Of a DNA stretch of 64,000 nt, positions 24,415 to 35,848 are shown piece by piece. Source of the stretch: Octopus sinensis. Lineage: Eukaryota. The translations under genes were made by a program, and so were the position numbers. The notes under the pieces were generated by a model. The model was not told the origin of the DNA, did no database searches, and worked only from the letters and a program-made list of their open reading frames with translations. The stretch is from positions 19,220,001 through 19,284,000 of the forward strand of contig NC_042997.1 in assembly GCF_006345805.1 (NCBI RefSeq), written 5' to 3'. The number at the start of each line of letters is the position of its first letter. Positions within the stretch are counted from its first letter, which is position 1.

Positions 24415-24790
24415 TCTCTAATTGTGAAGGGGACCTATGGGTGGGGTAGACCAAGGAAAATGTTGGACGAGGTGGTGAAATATGATCTTTGATTGTTGAG
24501 TCTCATGGAGGCAATGACAAGTGACTAAGATTTCTGGCAATTTACTGTGCTTGAGAAAACATGTTAAGCTATGTGAATCATGGTCATTGCCAGTCTAGGT
24601 GAAACGTAAAAAACACCCACTACACTCTCGGAGTGGTTGATATTAGGAAGGGCATCCAACTGTAGAAACCTTGCGAAATCAGATTGGTGCCTGATGCAGC
24701 CTCCTGGCTTGCAGTCCTCAGTCAAGCCGTCCTACCCATGCCAGCATGGAAAGCGGACGTTAAACGATGATGATGATGATGATGATGATG
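24415..24790 (+). mobile_element. RTE ORF terminus (GRPRK.. motif) and 3' tail copy B
   Basis: GGGGTAGACCAAGGAAAATGTTGGACGAGGTGGTG followed by the UTR and (GAT)n. Confidence 0.8.
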
Positions 24791-24803
24791 ATATATATAT
24801 ATG

Positions 24804-24834
<31 letters not shown>

Positions 24835-24838
24835 GTAT

Positions 24839-24911
<73 letters not shown>

Positions 24912-25156
24912 CAAAGGAATTCCAACTCTCTCTGTGTTTTATGTTTTATTTATATTCTTTATAATATTAATGTAGAATATAGAATATATAATATATAGTA
25001 AAATGAAATGAAGTATTGATTGTCTTACTGAATAGATGAAATATTGAATATCAAATATTAAGGGACTAGTATACTTTCTTGCATTTAAGCAGTCTTCAAG
25101 GTCCCAGGTTGTGACAGGAATGTTTCAACTGTGTATATATGTTTCAACTGTGTATG

Positions 25157-25189
<33 letters not shown>

Positions 25190-25190
<1 letters not shown>

Positions 25191-25495
25191 TAAGCGTGGC
25201 CATTTGCCAACCTCGTCTGGCACCTGTGTCTGTGGCACATAACCCCCCCCACAAAAAAAAAACAAAAACAACAAAAAAAACCACCATGCGAGCATGGCCG
25301 TTCGCCAGCCTCGTCTGGCACCTGTGTCGGTGGCACATAAAAAGCACCCACTACACTCACGGAGTGGTTGGCATTAGGAACGGCATCCAGCTGTAGAAAC
25401 ACTGCCAGATCTGACTGGCCTGGTGCAGCCTTCAGGCTTTGCAGACCCCAGTTGAACCGTCCAACCCATGCTAGCATGGCAAGCGGACGTTAAAC

Positions 25496-25528
<33 letters not shown>

Positions 25529-25530
25529 AT
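25190..25530 (+). mobile_element. RTE 3' UTR/tail copy
   Basis: GTGTCGGTGGCACATAAAAAGCACCCACTACAC...CCCATGCTAGCATGG...(GAT)n. Confidence 0.85.
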
Positions 25531-25600
25531 ATATATATGTATATATTTATGGAAAAAAGTTGAGATAGAAAATGCTAAAATAATTTTATAAAATACATTT

Positions 25601-25636
25601 CAGTACTGGTTTCAGTTATTGAGACTTTTTCAACTG
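25601..25636 (-). ncRNA. Minimal hammerhead motif with a U3-A8 variant core
   Basis: CAG-TTGAAAA-AGT ctcaata ACT-GAAA-C ca GT-A-CTG. Both C3 and G8 are replaced (U3/A8), stems I and II pair, and the triplet is GUA. Confidence 0.6.
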
Positions 25637-25800
25637 TAACAATTAAACTATTAAATTTAGAAAAATTAAAAGAAAAGTTTTTTTAAAAGAATATTTGTAA
25701 AGTGTTCAAATACAAGTGGCATTTTCCTTGTTTCAGCCTGTCTCTGTCCCTCTTGTTTACTCTTGTGGGTTCGAGGTCGTTGTGTGTATATATATATATA

Positions 25801-26007
25801 ACGGGAAGCTTTATGAAAATAAACAAAAGACGAAGGCAGGTGGAATACAAACAAACAATTGTATTAGTATGGCGCTCAGGAATATAAATAAAACAAGTCT
25901 TTTACGTTTCGAGCCTACGCTCTTCAACAGAAAGATACACGGAAAAGAAAAACGGAAAGAAACAAGGAGAGAAAAAAATGCATGCAGAAGCTAGCGAATC
26001 AACATGG

Positions 26008-26010
<3 letters not shown>
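25801..26010 (-). mobile_element. ~210 bp element flanked by (TA)n containing a hammerhead-like motif at 25898-25935
   Basis: Non-repetitive block between two TA runs; the motif is described in the next feature. Confidence 0.55.
25898..25935 (-). ncRNA. Minimal hammerhead-like motif with A6 to U core change
   Basis: TCTTT-CTGTTGA-A-GAGC gtag GCTC-GAAA-CGT-A-AAAGA. Stem I is 5 bp, stem II is 4 bp, and stem III is the loopless palindrome ACGT. Confidence 0.6.
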
Positions 26011-26044
<34 letters not shown>

Positions 26045-27708
26045 CATACACACACACTGCTTGGTTTCAATCTGCTAAATTCACTTGCAAAACGTTGGTT
26101 ACACTGGAGCTACAGTTAAGGACACAAGGACGAATAACACTCAGTGAACTTTCTTATGATAGTGAAAATCTTTATTCGGAGCAAGCTCATGTTTAATGTT
26201 CACTTCAAGACTGATCAACCTACTTTCACCCATAATGCTTCTATGTTAAACTTATCTTTTAAAGCTTTGAAAATGGCTGTTCATCACTGCAGTTTGTAAG
26301 CATTAGAGCTAAATAAATCTGTTTAGAAATTTCAAGTAGTAGCCGTCCATTATCAGATGGTTAAGCTAAACCTCTACAAAATCTAATCTTATGCTAACAT
26401 AAGCAGGACAGCTAGGTTTTAAAATCTCATTGAATTAGAGAAACGCTTTTCCCAATCTCTCATTCAAATCTTGAGAATAAGGAAAACAAATGAAAAATAC
26501 ATGCCTCTATGCCTACATGCCTACATTCTGATGTATGTGACTTACTGTATGACTTATATGTATGTGTATAGGAAAGAATGATGCAAATGTTATTGCTCAA
26601 TTTCTAATAAGCTTTTAGGTGCTCTAGCATAAGAAGAAAACAAATTGTTCTTGAAGAATAGAAATATTGCTGTTTTCAATTTTGGGAAAGGGATTAAAAT
26701 TTCAGCATGTTTATCATGAGTAATAGAATCTTGCAAATCATAATATCAATAATTTTGCTTTTACTGCCTTCGAGTCTCTTGATGGTAATTGTCACAGTGT
26801 ACAACATGTTTGGCTTTTTGCTTGCATTCTGAGTTCAAATGCCACCAGGATCAATTCTGTCCTCTATCTCTTCGGGGTCAGAGCACATAATGTGTATAGA
26901 AGGATTATAACTGGTTAAAGAAATGTCAAGTGATGTAACTGGAAGGAATTAGCTGAAGGGGAAAAAAAACCAAAGGAATCATTTAGAAAAGTGGTGGAAG
27001 CCGATCTCAAGAGGGTGATCATCACAAAGGATGCAAGGAATCACTACAGCTGGTGAAATGCTGTGCTGGAGATGATCTGTCCAGCCAATATAAGCCTGGA
27101 AAAGCATCCATAAAATGATGAAGGCAACGATGGTGGTGGTGGTGGTAGTGGTAGTGGTGGTTGTGGTTGTCGTGGTGGTGATGATGGTGGTGGTGGTGAT
27201 GGTGGTGGTGGTGGTGGTGGTAGTGATGGTCATGATGATGATCATGTATGCATATATATATACAAAATGTGCTTAAAAGTGCAAAAGTGGTGCCTACATA
27301 ATCGCAAGTTCAACTCAAAAATAAAGGCCAGGTTTAAGAAAGATAATTACGCTACAAGAATACATAAGTAAATATCTATATTTACATCTATATACGTAAC
27401 ATGCATATATGTTTATGTGTGCTTCTGATTGTGGTTCTAGGCTGGATTGTACTGCATAGTAATATAGCTTTCAATCTTGTTGATAACTGAACACAGACTG
27501 GATTCCATCCAAATACTTTATATTCATGCACTGGACATAGACTGCTTATATTATCTTACAAATAAGCTATTACTAGCTGAATGTATGATATGTAATGTTA
27601 TCATTTTTATTAAGTATACTTCAGTTGCCAGGTTTCTAAATAAAAAAAGAACAAAATGGGAACAACATCATTAATCTATATAAATAGTAATCTGTCTATC
27701 TTGCTCTT

Positions 27709-27748
<40 letters not shown>

Positions 27749-28129
27749 GGTTTCGCCCTCTCTTTTTTCTTCCTTCCTCGCATACCACTACCATTTATCT
27801 ATCTGTCTGTCTGTCTCTCTATCTATCTATATTTCTGTGTGTATGTGTGTGTTGTGTTTATGCCTTTCATTTATGTTAGTTGAAAAATTTTGAGTTGAAC
27901 TGGGAAGAGAATGTTCTTTGTGATTTTGAATCTATATGTATGTGCATGTGTGTGTGTGTGTTTGTATGTATGAATGCAAGCTAGCTGTATTGTATGCTTA
28001 TCCCACACTGGCTGATATTGGTTGATCCAAAGCTATGATAAGATATCAAGCTGCTGGATCAAATCCAGGACCTCATAATTGTAAAGTGAATATTTGAACC
28101 ACTCCACCATACTGTGCAATACACACACA

Positions 28130-29090
28130 TACTGCTATCATGTATCTAAATATATGAAATCGTTTCTTCATAAGTATGTCATATTTCTGTGGAAGACATC
28201 ATACATGCGATTAGCATCTGCCCAAATATGTCATCAAGGTCCTAACCTCCTTATGCAACATGATGTCACAAAAACAATATGCAATTCAAGAAAAAGACTG
28301 TCCTGGAATGAATACAGAAAATCCCCCTGTTATTGAACATGTGTACAAATATTTGTACAAGGAATATTGGGGGAACATTCCCATCAAACCATCTGTCAAG
28401 TATAAGCTTAATAGGCTGGATATCATTGTTTGGGACAGACTAGAAAAAGTATATAGAACCAAAGTAGTCAGCTGTCTTGCTGATGGGAATATCTCAGTAA
28501 AAATCAAAGAGAAAGAAGATAACTATAGACAGCTGCTTCAAAACCTCCAGCTTATATATCCAGACTATAAATTCACCTTTATACCGATAACTAGCAGTAT
28601 AGTGCTAGTGCATGCATATACAGCTGTGTGTTTGTGCACATACACGCGAGTACTGTCCAAATCTCCGATCAGTCACATACAGCTAGCTGGCATTCAGTTG
28701 GCGTATCACATATCGGGGATTTCGATTGGGTTTTGGATAGAAAATTCACAAAAAAGTCACTTCTATTGATTTTTAAATGACTTAGCGGGGTGACTGGGGA
28801 AATGTAAAGATGTGCACGACCACCCTTGGACGGTTTTAATGGACCATAAAAAGTGCAAGGCCTCTAACTGAAAAATTGTAGATTTGTATAAAGGACACAC
28901 ACACAGACAGACATTTTGCTGTTTATATATATAGAGATAATTGGAGCACTTGATTTTACAAGAGTGTTACTGTCAGTCTATATAAACTTGGATTTTCTGA
29001 AAGACAAATTAACCAACTGATTTGCACACTACAAATACAATCTGTAAGTGAAACAGTAAAACTACGCCAGACTTTTCTCATGTTTAAAAT
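28130..29090 (+). mobile_element. R2-superfamily (R4/Dong-like) non-LTR retrotransposon 3' ORF fragment: zinc knuckle plus restriction-like endonuclease, split by a Helitron
   Basis: VEDIIHAISICP...HD, then EYWGNIPIK...NRLDIIVWD...VVSCLADGNISVKIKEKEDNY. After removing 28591-28937 it reads FIPIIIGAL...LQIQSVSETVKLRQTFL. Confidence 0.8.
28591..28937 (-). mobile_element. Non-autonomous Helitron
   Basis: Minus strand starts A|TCTCTATATATATAAAC followed by a GT microsatellite and ends ...ACTATACTGCTAG|T. Confidence 0.75.
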
Positions 29091-29184
29091 GTGACATTGT
29101 TTTCATTATCTACATTCCAATGAATGAGCTTTGTATCTTTGTTAGAAAGCAATTCCTTCTTCAGAGGAAGAATTTAAATGATTA

Positions 29185-29510
29185 AACTGGCCTCTGTGCC
29201 AGTGGCACGTAAAAAGCACCATTCGAGCGTGATCTTTACCTGTGTCACCTTACTGGCACTTGTGCTGGTGGCACATGAAAAAACATTCAAGCGAGGTCGT
29301 TGCTAGTGTCGCTGGACTGGCCCCCCACATAAAAAGCACCATTTGAGCATGACCATTGCCAGTACCGCCTGACTGGCCCTCATGCCGATTGCATGTAAAA
29401 ACACTCACTACACTCTTGGAATAAGTCCTGGGGTCGATTTGCTCGACTAAAGGAGGTGCTCCAGTATGGTCACAGTCAAATGACTGAAACAAGTAAAAGA
29501 GTAAAGAGTA
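29185..29510 (+). mobile_element. RTE 3' UTR units joined to a SINE 3' tail (29421-29510)
   Basis: GTGCCAGTGGCACGTAAAAAGCACC units, then GGGGTCGATTTGCTCGACTAAAGGAGGTGCTCCAG...GAAACAAGTAAAAGAGTAAAGAGTA. Confidence 0.7.
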
Positions 29511-31744
29511 TGTATTTATTTCGGTGTGTGCTTTAAATTATGCTCTGGAATTTCTACTGCTTACCTAGATGTGTTACTTCTATAATTTCTATTATCCTAC
29601 ATACATAAAAGGCTTCAGCATAGTTTCCATCAACCAAATTCTATACTGAAGAGCATTAGACAACTCAGGTTCCAGTGGAAGATACTTACTTGTCCAAGTT
29701 GTCATTTTCCTTCATCTGTAAAATGATATTTCAACAGTTGCTACTTGTAGCTATTACAGTTTCTATCAAAGCAACTATATTATGAAACAAGCTACCTGAG
29801 CAGAATTCACTGGATGAACTCAATAGCCAAAATAATGCTTCAATGACTCATATGCCATGTTTGGAAACAGCAGTTTGATCAACTGAAAGCAGGCATACTG
29901 AGTGATATACACATGCTATTACAAAGACATGTGTAAATATATACAAATCAGCATATATATAATATGCATATATATATATATATAAATTGAAAAATTAATA
30001 AATTCCACATATACGTTTATGTGTGTGCTTCTATGTGTGTGATAGAGAAAGGAAAGAAGGTAGTGTGGATAAAGCATGAGGAGTTTGCTGATTCATACAC
30101 AGAGAGATACACATATACACACATAATATTTCCTGAAACAAATTTTTAGTTTTAATCTAGAAATTTTCTGTGTAGATTCATTTTGTTTCAAACAAATTAA
30201 TATAAATTATTTTTTGTGTTGTGACATTTACTGTTTGTCATTTTAATAGGAATTTATGGTGAAAATAGAAGATAAGAGTATTAGCTATAATGAAACATAA
30301 GTATGTGTGTGTATATATATATATATATTATATATATATATATATAATATATATATATATTATATATACATATATATTTATTTATATTTATATATATATA
30401 ATATATATATATATGCATATATATATGTATATGTATAAATGTATATGTGTATATATATATGTATGTATGTACATATACATATGTAAATCAATAAGGTGGT
30501 AAAGAGAAAGGAAAATTAATAAGGCACATGGAAGGAAGTCTAAGGATTTAGAAGTGGAAGATTATGAGATGGAGGTATACATAGTTGATATATGATAGAC
30601 AAATAGACACACATCAGTTTACATTTATAAACACACATATTTGCACACAAAAACACATAGATTTGAAGGGCTAGTTATACACTAGTTAGAAGCCACCCTC
30701 AGTTACAGAACTCCAGACAGGGTTACACACTGAAAAATAATGCATTTTATGTTGAATTAAAATAAAATAATTCATCACAGGTAGTCCTATTGCAAAAAGT
30801 TTGCTCTGGATGAGCTTATCAGGTAAATGAAATATTTAGTTCCATTAAATTAGTAGTAACAGTAGCAGTGGTGGTGGTCATTATCATCTACGTCATCATT
30901 GTTGTCATCGTCGTCGTCGTAGTAGTAGTAGTGGTGTTAGAAATTTATAGTGTTTAGGAAGGTGATAGCAATGCTGATCAAACATTAAATATTGAAAAAT
31001 AGCAATAACTAGGACATTGAAATTTTGTATTACAAATATTTAATTATTCCTATTATTTCCATTTAACAACCTGCTTTATAGAAACATGAAGAGAACAAGA
31101 GATAGGGATAAATAAATTACCTGCCCATTATGTTGATACGTCAAATCACTCTGAGTGTTATTTGAATTATCATATGTAGAAGAGCAAAATTCTGGGTTGT
31201 AGCTCGTGTCCCAGGCCTCTTAGTGTTAGCATAGTATCACATACTCACGTGATAAAATTGATCTGTGATGTATTTTCTAAAAGATTTGGAATCTAGGAAT
31301 ACAAAAAAAAAAACACGAGCAACAATTTTAGAATATATACACATAGGAAAAAGACACATACACATACTTAAGATGAAATGGGAAAAAGAAAGGGAAAATA
31401 GAGAGATAAATAAATAAAGGCAAAAACTAAATAAAAGGCATGGATACAAACGATATAATAAACAAACCTATATACACAAAAAATACAAAAAACACATAGA
31501 CAAAGTGCATACACAAACATACAGTCATGCACACACACACACACACATGTGCACACAGAAACACATGTGCAGATAAGGGCATACACCATAGAAAGACAGT
31601 AATGAGTACATAGAATAGGAGGAAACACGAGATAGAGAGTCAGTGAAGAGGTAACAAGATGTATGATGAGATTTCCAGATAGAGGACAAAAGATAAGAAC
31701 AATAATAATCTGAAGGAAAAAATGAGTATGTAGCATATATATAT

Positions 31745-32540
31745 ATCATCGTCATCATCATCGTTTAATGCCCGCTTTCCATGCTAGCATGGGCTGGACG
31801 ATTTGATTGAGGACTGGTGAACCAGATGGCTACACCAGGCTCCAATCTTGATCTGGCAGAGTTTCTTCATGTGTATATATATATATATATATTTACATAT
31901 ACACTTATGGTATATTCAGTTAAGAACGTAGTAGAGTACAGTATAAAGCTCATCCACTGGTTGCATAATCAAGTAGTTGCACTCCTGGAGAACTACGTTG
32001 TGTGGAAACAATTGTAGGATTAAAAAATAAATGTCCAACTATACTCCTTATTGTTGACTCCAATTTTTTCAAATATATATATATCTCATCATCATCATCA
32101 TCGTTTAACGTCCGTTTTCCGCGCTAGCATGTGTTGGACGGTTCGACTGGGGTCTGGGAAGCCAGGGGCTGCTCCAGGCTCCAGTCTGATCTGGCAGAGT
32201 TTCTATGGCTGGATGCCCTTCCTAACGCCAACCACTCCGCGAGTGTAGTGGGTGCTTTTTACGTGCCACCTGCACAGGTGCCAGGGGGAGGCCAGCATCG
32301 GCCACGATCGATTGGAGCTTTTAACATGCCAGCGGCACGGAAGTCAGCAAAGGCGGGTCTGGCAACGTTCGGATGGTGCTTTTTATGTGCTAACGGCACA
32401 GAAGCCAGTTGGGGCTGCGCTGGCATCGGCCACGTTCGGATAGTGCTTTTTATGTGCCACCGGCACAGGCATCACAACTACTATTTCCATTGATATTTAT
32501 TTTGACATTCATATTCATGTACTTGACTCAACAGGTCTCC
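31745..32540 (-). mobile_element. Two RTE 3' tail copies (~31745-31865 and ~32088-32540)
   Basis: Each begins on the plus strand with (CAT)nCGTTTAA(C/T)G(T/C)CCG. Confidence 0.85.
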
Positions 32541-32709
32541 TCAAGCACATATATATATACACATATACCAGTGAGTGGACAAACGAAGAAGTGCACCATT
32601 CCCCAATGCATATACCAACCCCCAGCATTTACCAATTCCCAATGCTTGTTTAGTGCATGCACACACACTTGCAAGGAAGAGAAATAATACTCTAAATATT
32701 CAGGTATAG

Positions 32710-33045
32710 TACAGGAAAAGTTATTACATTTGGAAAAATTCAGGACAAGTTATTACATCTGGTTAAGTACAGAACAAGAAAATTTTTACTTAAAATGTTA
32801 CAGCTAATATTTTAATGGAGTTATTTTTTATTTTAAGTAGAAGTAACAAGTAATAAGAAGTAGAAGTTATAACGTGTCATAAAATTTTTAGTTTCAATAA
32901 AAGCTAATATTTTCTAAATCTAAATATTTTATTTGAAATTTTATCCTTAGCAGCAATATTTTAAGTAAAAAATGTTCTTGTTCTGTACTTTACCAGATGT
33001 AATAACTTGTCCTGAACTTTTTCAAGGGTAATAACTTGTCCTGTA
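32710..33045. mobile_element. MITE/foldback-like element with ~100 bp inverted arms containing repeated CAGGACAAGTTATTAC subunits
   Basis: 32710-32810 matches the reverse complement of 32945-33045 around an AT-rich core. Confidence 0.7.
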
Positions 33046-33089
33046 CTTTTCCAGATTTATAATCTTAAGAATACTATTTCTCTTACTTG

Positions 33090-33310
33090 CATTTTTCAGT
33101 CTCACCAGACTTGCCACTGTCGACCACCTTTTGATAAACACACTAGAAAGCAACATCTTCCCCTCAAGGCTCTCCTTCCTCCTCAAATGATATTTGAAGA
33201 AATTAATGAGGGCTTGACCAGATAGGAAAGTACCTGTCATCAAACCTTTCAGACAGGTCCACCACACAGCCTCTTTTGCCACAGACACTAAGCAGAGAAA
33301 GATCAACCTT
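33090..33310 (-). mobile_element. Probable L1/Tx1-like LINE ORF2 C-terminal fragment
   Basis: VAKEAVWWT...FLSGQALINFFKYHLRRK...SSVFIKRW resembles the K..IW..R...F...W C-terminal pattern; recognised from memory. Confidence 0.5.
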
Positions 33311-33537
33311 CCTTCTCACCTAAGGGAAGGTGGTCCATCGATCTTCACTATAAACTCACTAGACAGCTGGATTCATCTTATACACGGCAACAGCTGTTCC
33401 ACACAATCCCACAACTCTAATGCACAAACACTGAATTATTGCATACAGGACAGTTTCATCCACCTGCAAGCATCACGTGCAGGTTCAGCTGTTGGCCCTT
33501 CCATGCCTGAAGAGCTGGTCTTGAAGAGCTTGTCTCT

Positions 33538-34012
33538 CTTTAGTTAGTTAGTTAGTTAGTCAATTTTTGGCTCAAAAAGCAAGGCCATGTAGCAGGACAT
33601 GGAATTATGTACAGGGTGGTGTTCATGTAAAAAGTTCAGGGTGCTTGTGGTCAAGGGAGACTTTGAACCGAGCGGTCGTCGGCATCTTCACCATCACGTC
33701 CGGCAGCTTATTCCACGGATCTGCAACCTGGACGGAGAAAGCCCCTCTCCTTCGATTGAGATGATATCGTCGCAGATAGAGCTTTTCGGAGTGACCCCGC
33801 AGCCGACGCTCTGGAGCAGGAGTGAAGAACAGCTCTTTTGAGAGGTTACACTTTCCGCTTATGATGTTGTGAGCAAGAATGAGATCACCACGGCAGCGGC
33901 GTTTTTCTAGAGAATAAAGGTTGAGCGTCTTCAGCCTTTCTTCGTAAGACAAATTCTTGAGACCAAGAACCATGCAGGTAGCCAGCTTCTGGACTCTTTC
34001 GAGCACTACCAT
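33538..34012 (-). mobile_element. CR1/L2-group LINE 3' end, 5' truncated, with a (CTAA)n tail
   Basis: LERVQKLAT...LSYEERLKTLNLYSLEKRRCRGDLI...RGHSEKL...FSVQVADPWNKLP. Confidence 0.9.
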
Positions 34013-34189
34013 GTCAAAGACTTTTGGAAATTGTCCATGATCTTCAGCTTGAAGGTCCCCTGGAAGAGACTACAAAGACTATTCTCATTGATACCTAAAT
34101 TTAAGGCTATCACCACTCATACCTTCAACTAGTCCCCTATAGAAATCTTGGGTTGTTTTGCTGCTAATAGTTTTATGAAGCGGGTACAA

Positions 34190-34771
34190 TGCAGTGGGTG
34201 CCTGGCAACACTCTAGATGCCAAATACTTTGGTCTACATTTGACCCATGAGTGCAGCTCTGTCAAGGAGATGAGCTGTGGAAAGCTGTGTCACATGAAAG
34301 ATGCCCACAATAATAATTACAAAAGATGGGCTACAGCAAATATTCTGCTCAATACCACAGATTTGCTTGTCAGTTGTTGGTCTTTAACTAGTTGAGCATA
34401 TGCCGTGGTTGTTGATGATATGTGCATCTCTGATCATGAGGGATCATCAAAGCCATGTGTTGAGAGGAATTCTTTGGGGCCTCGGTAATTCACCTCTGGA
34501 TACATGAGTGTTTCATTCAACATCCTTTAGCAACCATTATTCAGGGATCTTTTGAGTGGGATGGGCTATTCGTCCTGAACAAAATTTGAGTTCCACCTGA
34601 AAGGTCATGCACTATTTATCTTGATATATGGTCACCATGTTGCGCACACATAGTTGTGATACATGTGCCTGGTGTACCATTATCAGATTGGTAGTCATGA
34701 TGGGTATACTGGGCTTCATGTATTTTACCCCAGTGTTACTTTGATGGCATGTACTGCTCTCTCACTCAATG

Positions 34772-34805
<34 letters not shown>

Positions 34806-34830
34806 CAACAATAATAATAATAATAATTGT
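34190..34830 (+). mobile_element. Probable retroelement 3' UTR ending in an (AAT)n run; partial related copy at ~52155-52250
   Basis: GATGGGTATACTGGGCTTCAT...TACCCCAGTGTTACTTTGA is shared with 52180-52230 and directly abuts (AAT)n. Assignment to R4/Dong is inference. Confidence 0.5.
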
Positions 34831-34892
34831 AACTGTAGTAGTAGTAGTTGTCGTTGTTGTTGTTCTTCTTCTTCTTATCATCATCATCATTA

Positions 34893-34927
<35 letters not shown>

Positions 34928-35324
34928 TAAGCCCAGGGAAAAAAAGCAACATTCCTCTTTCCTTGAAAGTATTTCAGCTTTCATATCTATATAAGAAATT
35001 ATTATTCTTTAAAGCTACAATTTTATGCCACTTAGAAGTATTGGCTTCCTACCAAAGCAAGAATTCCATGTTTATTTTATAGTCTGCTATCACTATCATA
35101 CTTCCATTTCACAATTGGCAGCACTGCATGTCAGAATGTCTCTGGGAAATATACTCTACTATTATAGGGGAAACGTATTACAGTATTTGCAGTTGTGTTC
35201 ACTAAATCCTGAGTATGTAGTTATTTAGAATATGTTATGGAGTAATTTCTGAGACAATTTTAGCTATGTGAGCATGTATGGACACAGGTATTATAAATTG
35301 CTATCTACCTCTCTCTCCTGTGTG

Positions 35325-35366
35325 TAAGTATATATATATATATAAATGTATATACATAACTTTCTC

Positions 35367-35420
<54 letters not shown>

Positions 35421-35814
35421 TAGATAGATAGATAGATAGATAGTTACATACATACATAGGCATATGTACATATACATATGTCTCTCTTTCTCTCTCTTTA
35501 TCATATATATGTATACATTTGTGTGTGTTTATATATGAATTTATGTATATTTAAATGTATGTGTATATATATATGCACATGTACACATACACACAGACAT
35601 ATATATGCATATATATATATATACATACATACAATATATATGTATGTATATATATATATATATATACATACAATATATATGTATGTATATATATATATAT
35701 ATATATATACATACATACAATATATATGTATATATATATATATTTATGTATATATACATACATACAATATATATATATATATATACAAATATATATATAT
35801 ATATACAAATATAT

Positions 35815-35848
<34 letters not shown>

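Noticed and set aside
29472-29500. Stem-loop followed by GAAACAAGTA, resembling a hammerhead 3' half
   Set aside because: There is no CUGANGA-type 5' core; it is better explained as the LINE-shared SINE tail.
32230-32470. Repeat-spacer appearance resembling a CRISPR array
   Set aside because: Eukaryotic context, degenerate units, related rather than unique spacers, no cas genes, and the array is part of the RTE 3' UTR.
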